Positions 1 to 7,628 are shown, numbered from the stretch's first letter. The stretch: DNA of 23,003 nt from Candidatus Bathyarchaeota archaeon ex4484_205 (GCA_002255045.1 NJEE01000007.1:1-23003); one strand, 5' to 3'. A program made the numbers and translations. Notes: a model not told the origin generated them from the letters alone.

Positions 1-70
1 CATTACATTGTTTTACGGCGTACGCAACGGCATCATCGCCTCTTAGACCTATTACTTTCGCAGTAGTCAT
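1..70 (-). CDS. porA: 2-oxoacid:ferredoxin oxidoreductase alpha subunit (POR/VOR type), N-terminal fragment running off the window
   Basis: The minus strand reads ATG at 70-68, then MTTAKVIGLRGDDAVAYAVKQCN. It starts 2 nt after the delta-subunit stop, giving the gamma-delta-alpha order typical of archaeal por/vor operons. Only 23 codons are visible. Confidence 0.55.
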   Translation of the reverse strand, partial: MTTAKVIGLRGDDAVAYAVKQCN

Positions 71-72
71 TT

Positions 73-348
73 TCACAACGCCTCCATAGTAATCGCTTTA
101 ACAGGACAGACGTTTGCACATATACCACATCCTTTGCAATAATCTAAGTCTATAGTGACATTGTTTTCCTCATCTCTTGTTATTGCTGGTTCAGGGCAAT
201 AAATCCAGCAGAAGAGACATCGAATACATTTGTTGTAATCTATTTTCGGTGTGGAACTCCTCCAGCTGCCTGTTTTATATTTTAAGGAAGTTCTAGGCTC
301 CAGAATTATGCCACCCAATGGAATCTCTTTCCAGCTGGCTATACCCAA
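73..348 (-). CDS. porD: 2-oxoacid:ferredoxin oxidoreductase delta subunit (2x[4Fe-4S] ferredoxin-like)
   Basis: 91 aa with two cysteine clusters (CIRCLFCWIYCP and CKGCGICANVCP). It sits between the gamma and alpha genes. Confidence 0.85.
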   Translation of the reverse strand: MGIASWKEIPLGGIILEPRTSLKYKTGSWRSSTPKIDYNKCIRCLFCWIYCPEPAITRDEENNVTIDLDYCKGCGICANVCPVKAITMEAL

Positions 349-350
349 AT

Positions 351-917
351 TTATTTCACCTCTTCATAGCCTCTTTCAAGAGCCTTAATATTTTTCTCCA
401 ACATAGCATCTGTGAAGCGATTCCCCATCGCTTTCTTTAGCGACTCCATCTGCACCAACTCCGTTATTTTTGAAAGAGCACCCATCATTGGAGTATTATA
501 GAATGGTCTTCCAAATATCTCTTGAGCTATATGCACAGCATCAAGGACGTAAAGTCGAGTACTTTCGGCTATCCCCAGAAACTTCTTTACTTCTTTCTTC
601 TCCTTGGTGGAGTTTACTATTACACATCCATTGGGCTTCAGACCATCCACAATCATTGGGGAATTGGAGAGAGCAGGATCGATGCAGAGAATTATGTCAG
701 GTTCATAAATTTGTTGATGTAGATCTATGGGACCATCGGATACTCGTAGGAAGCCTTTGACCGGTGCACCACTCCTTTCTGGACCAAACTCTGGGAAGGC
801 TTGAACATACTTCCCCTCCAATATGAGGGCATTTGCGAGGAGCATGTTTGCAGAGACGACTCCTTGGCCGCCTCGGCCATGCCACCTCAACTCTATGAGA
901 GAGGACAAATTCGCCAC
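351..917 (-). CDS. porG: 2-oxoacid:ferredoxin oxidoreductase gamma subunit
   Basis: Contains ELRWHGRGGQGVVSANMLLA and FPEFGPERSGAP, typical of the gamma subunit. The ORF is open to a GTG at 941, but a TATA-like TTATTATATA (minus strand, 942-951) abuts that codon. The GTG at 917 or TTG at 908 is therefore a more plausible, leaderless-type start. Confidence 0.85.
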   Translation of the reverse strand: MANLSSLIELRWHGRGGQGVVSANMLLANALILEGKYVQAFPEFGPERSGAPVKGFLRVSDGPIDLHQQIYEPDIILCIDPALSNSPMIVDGLKPNGCVIVNSTKEKKEVKKFLGIAESTRLYVLDAVHIAQEIFGRPFYNTPMMGALSKITELVQMESLKKAMGNRFTDAMLEKNIKALERGYEEVK

Positions 918-941
918 CGACAATAGGAGGGTAACAATCAC

Positions 942-1000
942 TATATAATAATTGTTTAAGGGAGTGGCTGAACAGAAAATTTTTCAGACAAGTTATATTT
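942..1000. promoter_or_regulatory. Divergent promoter region with TATA-like boxes for the por operon (minus, 942-951) and the SPOUT gene (plus, TTATATTT 993-1000)
   Basis: AT-rich 82-bp divergent spacer. Each TATA-like element lies about 24-31 nt upstream of a candidate start codon (917 on minus, 1024 on plus). Confidence 0.35.
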
Positions 1001-1023
1001 CACAAATGATTTCATGAAAATAG

Positions 1024-1881
1024 ATGAAAGGCATACCTCCGAGGAGAAGGAGAAAACGTTGGGAAATCCTTATTCCCGAGAGTATAGTGACTGGTGGAGA
1101 TAGCCTTGTAGAAAAAACAATGAGAGTTGGGTGGATAGGAAGGGCAGCTGCCATTTTCAGGGTGGAGAAAGTGACAATATATATGGAGGAAAGAAACCGT
1201 AGGGCTCAGTTATTCATCGCAAGAGTATTGGATTATATGGCAACACCACAATATGCGCGTAAAATAAGATTTGGGATAGAGAGAGAATTGAGATATGTAG
1301 GTATGTTACCCCCCCTCCGGACACCCAATCACCCAGTTGCAAGGGAAGTTTATGAAGGAGATTTTAGAGAGGGGGTGGTTAGAGAGAGAAAGGAAGGTAA
1401 ACTTGTGATAGATGTAGGTTTGGAGAGGTTGGTAACAATGAAGGGAAAAACAAGACCTGGAAAGCTGATTAATTTAAGGCTGGAGAATAAAGAGAAGTGG
1501 GTTTGGAGACAGGTAGATAGAGGAGAAATACCATGGTATTGGGGTTTCAAGGTTACCACATTTAATGGGACATTAGGGAAATATCTAGAAAAAAGAAGGA
1601 ATAGAGAGACATATATTATAGCAACCTCTAAGTATGGAAAACCAATTACCAGTATGTGGAGAGAACTGAAGAGAGAAGTTAAGGATTATACCAACATCAT
1701 TTTATTATTTGGAGGGCCGAAGAGAGGATTACGGGAGATACTTCTCTCGGAAGAAGTCGATTTGGAGGAGGTATCTGACGTAGTAATAAATACATTGCCA
1801 AGTCAGGGGGTTGAGACAGTGAGAACAGAGGAGGCTGTGCTAGCTACATTAGCTGTATTAAATTTCATCATGATAGATTAA
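1024..1881 (+). CDS. Putative SPOUT-class RNA methyltransferase (MTH1 / DUF171 / COG2106-like)
   Basis: 285 aa. The C-terminal region (ILLFGGPKRGL...VINTLPSQGVETVRTEEAVLATLAVLN) looks like a SPOUT knot. It sits immediately upstream of rpl3, as the MTH1 family does in other archaea (synteny recalled from memory). Confidence 0.6.
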   Translation: MKGIPPRRRRKRWEILIPESIVTGGDSLVEKTMRVGWIGRAAAIFRVEKVTIYMEERNRRAQLFIARVLDYMATPQYARKIRFGIERELRYVGMLPPLRTPNHPVAREVYEGDFREGVVRERKEGKLVIDVGLERLVTMKGKTRPGKLINLRLENKEKWVWRQVDRGEIPWYWGFKVTTFNGTLGKYLEKRRNRETYIIATSKYGKPITSMWRELKREVKDYTNIILLFGGPKRGLREILLSEEVDLEEVSDVVINTLPSQGVETVRTEEAVLATLAVLNFIMID

Positions 1882-1924
1882 AGGGGGCATGTGATACGAG
1901 AAACACTGAAGAATATTAGCAAGT

Positions 1925-1966
1925 CTTTTATAGAAGGAGTAGAGGAGAAGTTACTAAATAAAAAAT
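1925..1966 (+). promoter_or_regulatory. Candidate promoter region for the rpl3 operon
   Basis: Two TATA-like elements are present: CTTTTATAGA (1925-1934) and TAAATAAAAAA (about 1954-1965). The second lies about 27 nt before ATG 1985, consistent with a leaderless transcript. Confidence 0.3.
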
Positions 1967-1984
1967 TCATGGAGTGACCTAGGG

Positions 1985-2980
1985 ATGGGACATAGAAAGA
2001 AGTCGGCACCGAGGAGAGGGTCCTTAGGATTCAGACCTAGGGCTAGAAAGAAGTATCCAGTTCCACGAATCAAATTTTGGCCAGAGGTAGATGGAGCTCC
2101 ACGGCCTCTCGGATTTGCAGGATACAAGGCAGGCATGGCACATATGTATGTGTTAGAGGATAACGAGGATTCAAGGTGGTATGGCAAGGAAGTGTTCGTA
2201 CCAATTACGATAATCGATACACCCCCTTTAACTGTTCTCGCCATAAGAGCCTATGAAAAAACTCCCGAAGGACTTAGGAGCCTTTGTGAAGTGTGGGCAA
2301 AGGACATACCGGAGGATGTGAAAAGGAGACATAGGACGGCATCCACCTCAAAGATTAAACCCGAAGATATGAAGAAATTAATCGATAGGATAAGTGTGAT
2401 ACGGGCTATAGTATCCACAAATTCAAGGAAAGCGGGTATCCGAAAGAAGAAACCTGAGATTTTTGAAATAGAAATAGGGGGAGGAACGGTGGAGGAGAGA
2501 GTTAACTATGCTTTGGACATACTTGGGAAGGAGGTAAATGTAGATGAAGTGTTTAAGGAGGGAGAGTATGTTGATGTATTCTCCATCACGAAGGGAAAGG
2601 GTTTCGCTGGCGCAGTGAAAAGGTTTCATGTAAAGATATTAGATAGGAAATCAAATAAAACAAGAAGAGGAGTGGCTTGCATCGGGCCTTGGAAGCCCAC
2701 AGCAGTAATGTATACAGTACCTCGTCCAGGCCAACTTGGATACTGGCAGAGAATGGTGAGGAACTTGAGGGTCATGAAGATAGGTGACAATGGGAAGGAA
2801 GAGGCTACTGTGAAGGGTGGATTCCTTAGGTATGGAGTGGTTCCAGGAAAGTATGTGATGATTTCAGGAAGTGTACCGGGGCCTGCCAAGAGACTTGTGA
2901 AAATAAGGGTTTCAGCCAGAAAACTGGGAGTAGTTAAACCACCCCAAATAACAGGCATTGTTTTGGCAAGTCAGCAGTAA
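1985..2980 (+). CDS. rpl3: 50S ribosomal protein uL3
   Basis: 331 aa. The N-terminus MGHRKKSAPRRGSLGFRPRARK and the motif FAGAVKRFH...GPWKP are characteristic of archaeal L3. Confidence 0.97.
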   Translation: MGHRKKSAPRRGSLGFRPRARKKYPVPRIKFWPEVDGAPRPLGFAGYKAGMAHMYVLEDNEDSRWYGKEVFVPITIIDTPPLTVLAIRAYEKTPEGLRSLCEVWAKDIPEDVKRRHRTASTSKIKPEDMKKLIDRISVIRAIVSTNSRKAGIRKKKPEIFEIEIGGGTVEERVNYALDILGKEVNVDEVFKEGEYVDVFSITKGKGFAGAVKRFHVKILDRKSNKTRRGVACIGPWKPTAVMYTVPRPGQLGYWQRMVRNLRVMKIGDNGKEEATVKGGFLRYGVVPGKYVMISGSVPGPAKRLVKIRVSARKLGVVKPPQITGIVLASQQ

Positions 2981-2989
2981 GGGGGTGAG

Positions 2990-3760
2990 TTGATGAGAGT
3001 ACTTGGGCTAAATGGCAGAAAAATCAGAGAGATAGAAGAACCTTGGTTCTTTAAGGGAGAAGTCAGAGAGGACCTAATAAAAAGGGTTGTAGTTGCCATG
3101 GAGGCTAATCGTAAACAACCTCAAGGAAGGGATGTTATGGCAGGAAAGAGAACAACAGCAGAATCTTGGGGAGTAGGATATGGAAGGGCAAGAGTACCCA
3201 GAGATGAAAGAGGGAGAGGAAGATTGATCACAGGTGCTGTGGGAGGGAGGAGGGCACATCCACCGAGAGCTGAAAAGAAAATAGAGAGAAAAGTAAATAA
3301 AAAAGAGAAGAAACTGGCGTTAATTTCAGCTCTCATAGCTACTGCACGAGAGGACTATGTTAGAGGAAGAGGGCATAAAATAAACGATAAAGTGAATCTC
3401 CCTATAATTATTACGAATAAAATAGAAAAAATAGAAAAAACACAGAAACTAATAGAGGTGTTGCAGAGACTTGGATTAAAAGATGAATTGGAAAGATGTA
3501 AGAAGGGAATCAAAAAAAGAAGTGGAAAAAGTAGAATGAGAAATAGAACAAAACGCAAACCGAGAGGACCCTTAATTGTCGTGGAAGATGGGATAAATCT
3601 CTATAGAGCAGCTAGAAATATACCCGGTGTTGAAGTAATGAGGGCGAGGGAATTGAATGTTGAGCATTTGGCTCCTGGAGGACAACCAGGTAGGCTCGTT
3701 ATATGGACTCCTCAGAGCTTAAAGGTTATAGAGGAGAGATTAGGAGGGATAAAGGAGTGA
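2990..3760 (+). CDS. rpl4: 50S ribosomal protein uL4
   Basis: 256 aa with GRARVPR...GGRRAHPP, typical of L4. Follows rpl3. The start is TTG 2990 or ATG 2993, after a GGGGGTGA Shine-Dalgarno-like sequence. Confidence 0.95.
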   Translation: MMRVLGLNGRKIREIEEPWFFKGEVREDLIKRVVVAMEANRKQPQGRDVMAGKRTTAESWGVGYGRARVPRDERGRGRLITGAVGGRRAHPPRAEKKIERKVNKKEKKLALISALIATAREDYVRGRGHKINDKVNLPIIITNKIEKIEKTQKLIEVLQRLGLKDELERCKKGIKKRSGKSRMRNRTKRKPRGPLIVVEDGINLYRAARNIPGVEVMRARELNVEHLAPGGQPGRLVIWTPQSLKVIEERLGGIKE

Positions 3761-4035
3761 GCAGTGAGGAAGAATTGAGATATGAGAGGATAATTCTATA
3801 CCCTTTGGTTACTGAGAAAACTATGCAAATGATTGAGAAGGAGAATAAACTTGTATTCATAGTAGATAGAAAAGCAAATAAGAAACTTGTGAAAAAAGCT
3901 GTAGAGAATTTATATAACGTGAAAGTTGAGAGAGTAAACATAATGATTGGATCAAGGGGCAAGAAGAAAGCCTTTGTGAAGTTAACGCCTCAATATAGTG
4001 CTACAGAACTTTCTATGAAGTTGAAGATACTATAA
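3757..4035 (+). CDS. rpl23: 50S ribosomal protein uL23
   Basis: ILYPLVTEKTMQMIEKENKLVFIVDRKANKKLVKKAVENLYNVKVERVN is typical of L23. The likely start is GTG 3757, which overlaps the rpl4 TGA stop (GTGA). The ORF track's ATG 3703 would overlap rpl4 by 58 nt. Confidence 0.9.
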   Translation: MSSEEELRYERIILYPLVTEKTMQMIEKENKLVFIVDRKANKKLVKKAVENLYNVKVERVNIMIGSRGKKKAFVKLTPQYSATELSMKLKIL

Positions 4036-4046
4036 GGGGTGTTAAA

Positions 4047-4781
4047 ATGGGGAAGAGACCAATTGTAAGAAGAAGAGGAAGAAGCCCTCTATTTGAGGCA
4101 CCGACGCATAGGAGAGTAGCACCTGCAAAATATCCTGAACCTTCTGTTAGGGGGAAAGGAGTAGTAGTTGCATTACACCACGATCCTGGAAGAGGAACAC
4201 CTCTTGCAGAGATATTGCTTGAAGACAACACTAGATATTTTACAATTCCTTCAGAAGGCATGTACGTTGGTCAAGAGATAGAAATAGGGGAAGGAGCAAA
4301 GCTGGATATTGGTTCAACTCTCCCATTAAGGGAAATACCTGAAGGAGTTATGGTGTATAATGTAGAAAGAAGGCCTGGAGATGGAGGAAGTTTATTTAGA
4401 GCAAGTGGAAATTATGCAACAGTAGTAGGCAGAACTGAAGAGAAGATCATCTTGAAGACAACTCGAGGAACGCAAATGACATTACATCCGAACTGTAGAG
4501 GGAGTATTGGGGTGGCTGCGGGTGGTGGACGTACGGAGAAACCATTCCTAAAGGCAGGGAAAAGAAGGGCCTTAATGTACAGCAGAGGAAGATTATATCC
4601 AAGGGTTAGAGGTGTGGCAATGGATGCAGTATATCATCCATTCGGTGGAGGAAGACATGAACATACGGGTAAACCAACAACTGTAAGTAGAAAAGCACCT
4701 CCAGGGAGGAAAGTTGGCTTAATTTCAGCTAGGAGAACTGGAAGGGGCGGAAAGAAGAGAGTTTCTAAGAGAGAGAAATAA
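4047..4781 (+). CDS. rpl2: 50S ribosomal protein uL2
   Basis: 244 aa with GRG...RGVAMDAVYHPFGGGRHEHTGKPTTVSR, the L2 signature. Confidence 0.97.
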   Translation: MGKRPIVRRRGRSPLFEAPTHRRVAPAKYPEPSVRGKGVVVALHHDPGRGTPLAEILLEDNTRYFTIPSEGMYVGQEIEIGEGAKLDIGSTLPLREIPEGVMVYNVERRPGDGGSLFRASGNYATVVGRTEEKIILKTTRGTQMTLHPNCRGSIGVAAGGGRTEKPFLKAGKRRALMYSRGRLYPRVRGVAMDAVYHPFGGGRHEHTGKPTTVSRKAPPGRKVGLISARRTGRGGKKRVSKREK

Positions 4782-4786
4782 AGAGG

Positions 4787-5041
4787 TTACTCTATTATTT
4801 TGTATACTTTATCGCCTTCTCTGACTCTTTCAACAACCTTTAACCCGATCGATTGGCCTGGGGTTGCTTCTTGGATGGGTTCATGCTCTACTTGCATAGA
4901 TTCTACCAGCTGAGTGAAGTCAGTAGTATGCCCACGGATATGTATTTTATCACCAACTTTCAAGGAACCTCTCTCGATTTTAACAACAGCAACTCCGATT
5001 TTCGTGAAATAGTGCATAACCACACCTATTTCTTCTTCCAT
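4787..5041 (-). CDS. Small beta-barrel protein resembling domain II of translational GTPases (EF-Tu_D2-only protein)
   Basis: Starts at MEEEIGVV (ATG 5041). The pattern GSLKVGDKIHIRG...VESMQVEHEPIQEATPGQSIGLKV..VREGDKVY matches the EF-Tu domain-2 barrel. It lies antisense between rpl2 and rps19. Confidence 0.5.
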   Translation of the reverse strand: MEEEIGVVMHYFTKIGVAVVKIERGSLKVGDKIHIRGHTTDFTQLVESMQVEHEPIQEATPGQSIGLKVVERVREGDKVYKIIE

Positions 5042-5133
5042 TTTATGGAAATATAAGGAGACATAAAATAGATAAATCCTTCCTTTAAGAGACAAGTTTA
5101 AAAACTAGGAAAGGAAAAAGGAATAAAGGAAAG

Positions 5134-5544
5134 ATGTCTGTGGCGAAGTTTAGGTACAAAGGATACGCGTTGGAAGAGCTTAGAAAAATGAGTATGGATG
5201 AGATAATTAAGTTACTTCCAGCTAGAGCAAGAAGAAGTTTGCGGAGACAGCCACCAGAGGAACATGTGATCCTTTTAAGAAACATAAGAAGAGCATGGAA
5301 AATTCTAGAGGAAACAGGAAAACAACCAGTAATAAGGACGCATGCACGCTCTATGATAGTTCTACCAGAGATGGTTGGACTCACGATTCATGTACATAAT
5401 GGGAAGGAATTCGTTCCTGTGGAGATATTTCCAGAGATGATCGGACATTATTTAGGAGAGTTTGCAATCACAAATAAGAGAGTGGTGCATGGGACACCAG
5501 GGGTAGGAGCCTCTCGATCGTCGATGTATGTACCATTGAAGTAG
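5134..5544 (+). CDS. rps19: 30S ribosomal protein uS19
   Basis: 136 aa with [36 protein letters not shown], the S19 signature. TTTAAAAA (5097-5104) upstream is a candidate TATA box. Confidence 0.95.
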   Translation: MSVAKFRYKGYALEELRKMSMDEIIKLLPARARRSLRRQPPEEHVILLRNIRRAWKILEETGKQPVIRTHARSMIVLPEMVGLTIHVHNGKEFVPVEIFPEMIGHYLGEFAITNKRVVHGTPGVGASRSSMYVPLK

Positions 5545-5552
5545 GAAAAACC

Positions 5553-5575
5553 TTTAATTTTTTCAAAAATTTTCC
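5553..5575 (+). promoter_or_regulatory. T-rich tract after rps19, a possible archaeal terminator and/or TATA element for the aminotransferase gene
   Basis: TTTAATTTTTTCAAAAATTTTCC lies directly after the rps19 stop and about 28 nt before TTG 5586. Confidence 0.3.
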
Positions 5576-5585
5576 ATTCTCAGAG

Positions 5586-6752
5586 TTGAGTTGGATAGCT
5601 AAGAGAATGAATAGAATAGGTACAGAATCTGCCTTTGAGATTCTCGCAATGGCTAGAGAGCTAGAAAGAAGAGGGAAGAAAATAATCCATCTAGAAGTTG
5701 GTGAACCAGACTTTGATACACCACAACACATAGTAGAGGCAGGTGTGAGAGCACTCAGAGAGGGATATACCCATTATACAACAGCCAGGGGACTCTATGA
5801 GCTAAGGGGAGCTATAGCGAATAGGATTAAAGAAAGGTATGGAGTAGATGTATCCCCAGATTGGGAAGTAATCCCGATGCCAGGAGCTAAGCCTTGTCTT
5901 TTCGCCGCTATAATGGTCACTATCAATGAAGGAGAGGAGGTAATCATTCCGAACCCTGCATATCCGGTATATAGATCGGTAGTTGAATTTGTTGGAGGGA
6001 AAGTTGTAGATGTGGAGTTGAAGGAAGAAAACAAATTTAGAATGACCTATGAAGATGTGGAGAGAAAAATAACTGAGAGGACGAAGATGATAGTCGTTAA
6101 TACGCCACATAATCCCTGTGGGTCGGTGATGGATGAGAGGGACATAAAAGCTCTAGTCGAATTAGCGGAAAGGAAGAATATACTCATTCTTTCAGATGAG
6201 ATTTATTCTGAGATAACTTATGATAAGAACCATTACTCCTTTCTTCAGGTTGATGGGATAGAGAATGTGATAATGGTGGATGGGTTCTCAAAGACTTATG
6301 CTATGACTGGTTGGAGATTGGGATATGCAGTGGGACCTAGGGAGGTAATTGATAAAATGGTTAAACTTCAGATAAATATGACGACATGCCCTGCAGCATT
6401 TGTACAGAAGGCTGGAATAGCGGCATTAAATGGACCTAAAGAGCCGATTAACAAGATGGTTGATGAATATAGGAGTAGAAGGGAAGTGGTCTATAAAAAA
6501 CTGAGGGAAATTGAAGAATTCTCTGTTGTAAAACCGGAAGGGGCATTTTATATATTCCCTAATGTGAAAAAACTTGGAGTTGACTCTAAGGAACTTGTCA
6601 TGAAGTTGCTTAAAGAGGCGGGAGTTGCCCTTCTTCATGGGACAGCATTTGGAAAGAAGGGAGAAGGATACATCAGAATCTCCTATGCAAACTCTATAAG
6701 CAATCTAGAGAAGGGTATATCCAGAATAAAGAAATTTATAGAAAAAGTATAG
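5586..6752 (+). CDS. PLP-dependent class I aminotransferase (aspartate/aromatic aminotransferase-like)
   Basis: 388 aa with EVGEPDFDTP, NTPHNPCG, and SKTYAMTGWRLGY (the PLP lysine context). The start is TTG 5586 or ATG 5607. Confidence 0.88.
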   Translation: MSWIAKRMNRIGTESAFEILAMARELERRGKKIIHLEVGEPDFDTPQHIVEAGVRALREGYTHYTTARGLYELRGAIANRIKERYGVDVSPDWEVIPMPGAKPCLFAAIMVTINEGEEVIIPNPAYPVYRSVVEFVGGKVVDVELKEENKFRMTYEDVERKITERTKMIVVNTPHNPCGSVMDERDIKALVELAERKNILILSDEIYSEITYDKNHYSFLQVDGIENVIMVDGFSKTYAMTGWRLGYAVGPREVIDKMVKLQINMTTCPAAFVQKAGIAALNGPKEPINKMVDEYRSRREVVYKKLREIEEFSVVKPEGAFYIFPNVKKLGVDSKELVMKLLKEAGVALLHGTAFGKKGEGYIRISYANSISNLEKGISRIKKFIEKV

Positions 6753-6769
6753 TGGTGGGGCCGCCCGGA

Positions 6770-6780
6770 CTTCCACAGTT
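6770..6780 (-). other. tRNA intron in the T-loop (59/60; 11 nt, AACTGTGGAAG)
   Basis: The central helix is TTCA/TGGA (one G.U pair), the bulges are AAA and AGT, and the outer helix is the T stem. Excision restores the canonical T-loop UUCAAAU. Confidence 0.65.
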
Positions 6781-6794
6781 TTTGAACCGGGGAT

Positions 6795-6810
6795 TTCACG
6801 GCTGAAAGCT
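6795..6810 (-). other. tRNA intron in the variable loop (45/46; 16 nt, AGCTTTCAGCCGTGAA)
   Basis: The central helix is CACG/CGTG, the bulges are TGA and AAA, and the inner helix is GCT/AGC. Excision leaves a 5-nt variable loop, UGAUC. Confidence 0.6.
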
Positions 6811-6818
6811 CACGTGGG

Positions 6819-6830
6819 CTCTCGATACCT
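6819..6830 (-). other. tRNA intron at the canonical 37/38 position (12 nt, AGGTATCGAGAG)
   Basis: The central 4-bp helix is CTCG/CGAG. The 3' bulge is AGC and the outer helix is the anticodon stem. Cutting 2 nt 3' of each central-helix strand leaves a 7-nt anticodon loop. Confidence 0.75.
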
Positions 6831-6847
6831 CCCGAGCCACGCAGCCT

Positions 6848-6881
6848 ATCTGAGGTTATAGACCAGATTGACCGAATTTCT
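6848..6881 (-). other. Two tentative D-loop introns (6868-6881, 14 nt, AGAAATTCGGTCAA; 6848-6860, 13 nt, TATAACCTCAGAT)
   Basis: The 5' quarter of the gene is 27 nt too long. Removing these two segments gives a standard D-loop, AGUCUGGUCA, with G18, G19 and A21. The helices are weak (GGCT/GGTC with two G.U pairs, and CTGG/TCAG), so the boundaries are uncertain. Confidence 0.4.
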
Positions 6882-6902
6882 CTAGCCCACGGCCCCAAAA
6901 CA

Positions 6903-7628
6903 TCAGACATAATACTCACTCTTAAGTTTTCCATCTGTTGAGACTATCTCGGGGATTTCACCCCAAGTGACAATATAGGAGCCATGCATTATCATTATTC
7001 CCTTGACACCATATATATTCCTTCCATATTCTATTGCCTTCCTTATGAGGGAAGGAGATGGTTTTTCAGATATAGTGTTCAAGATGGAGGTTGCTGCAGC
7101 ATCTGCTATAGATGCATTTTTCCCAAACACCGTTACACCCTCAGCATTTCCAAAGCTGAGGGCATGAGAGAATCTTCCTGAACTTGTTGAGATACCCCAT
7201 AGACGCCCTTTAGTCGGAGGAATTCTAAAAGCAAACTTTCCGGAGATAGGAGTGTCACCAAGAAGGACTCCTACGAATGTTTCTCTATCTGAAATAATTG
7301 CAACTTCACCACCATTCTCTACCGCTATGCTTTTACACCCCTTTCCACGTGCATAGCATGCCACTACATCTGAGAAAGCCCCTGGAACTGCTGCTAAGAT
7401 ACCGACATTTGCCTGACGAGCGGCGAAGAAGGCGAGTTTGATAATGGAAGGGGAATTTGCTGGCAGGTGGGAAGGAGGATGAAGAGAGAGTTTTTCTATT
7501 GGATATTGCTGGAAAAAACGATCAATTAAAGATCTCTGGTATCTAACAAAGGACTCTAACTTAGAAGGAGGATTGTCTACAACGATATTAAGATGAGATT
7601 CTTTGAGCTCGAAACGTAAGCGGGGCAT
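6903..7628 (-). CDS. UPF0280 family protein (ApbE-like superfamily, COG2122)
   Basis: 241 aa. AAVPGAFSDVV, TSSGRFSHALSFGNAEGVTV and SIADAAATSI resemble UPF0280/ApbE-like motifs (from memory). Confidence 0.55.
   Translation of the reverse strand: MPRLRFELKESHLNIVVDNPPSKLESFVRYQRSLIDRFFQQYPIEKLSLHPPSHLPANSPSIIKLAFFAARQANVGILAAVPGAFSDVVACYARGKGCKSIAVENGGEVAIISDRETFVGVLLGDTPISGKFAFRIPPTKGRLWGISTSSGRFSHALSFGNAEGVTVFGKNASIADAAATSILNTISEKPSPSLIRKAIEYGRNIYGVKGIMIMHGSYIVTWGEIPEIVSTDGKLKSEYYV

Larger units (their letters stand above)
6753..6896 (-). tRNA. tRNA-Pro(CGG) gene, 144 nt with encoded CCA, interrupted by multiple short introns
   Basis: - The minus strand reads GGGGCCG...CGGCCCC-A-CCA, a 7-bp acceptor stem.
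- The T arm is CCCGG/CCGGG.
- The anticodon arm is CGTGG/CCACG, with loop CUCGGG|C after removal of a 12-nt BHB intron.
- The anticodon is CGG (6832-6834) with G37.
- The 5' sequence GGGGCCGUGGG resembles archaeal tRNA-Pro (from memory).
- The deduced mature RNA is GGGGCCG UG GGCU AGUCUGGUCA GGCU G CGUGG CUCGGGC CCACG UGAUC CCCGG UUCAAAU CCGGG CGGCCCC A CCA. Confidence 0.8.

Noticed and set aside
1803-1873. Possible C/D box sRNA antisense to the 3' end of the SPOUT gene (ATGATGA at 1867-1873 and CTGA at 1803-1806, both read on the minus strand)
   Set aside because: The boxes are about 58 nt apart, which is too long. There are no credible C' or D' boxes and no terminal stem, and the region is coding. 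Other TGATGA occurrences in the window (for example 12115, 16787, 17271, 17408, 20273) lack a suitably spaced CTGA.
3703-3756. ATG 3703 as the rpl23 start
   Set aside because: It would overlap rpl4 by 58 nt and add a non-conserved N-terminus. GTG 3757, overlapping the rpl4 stop, fits translational coupling.
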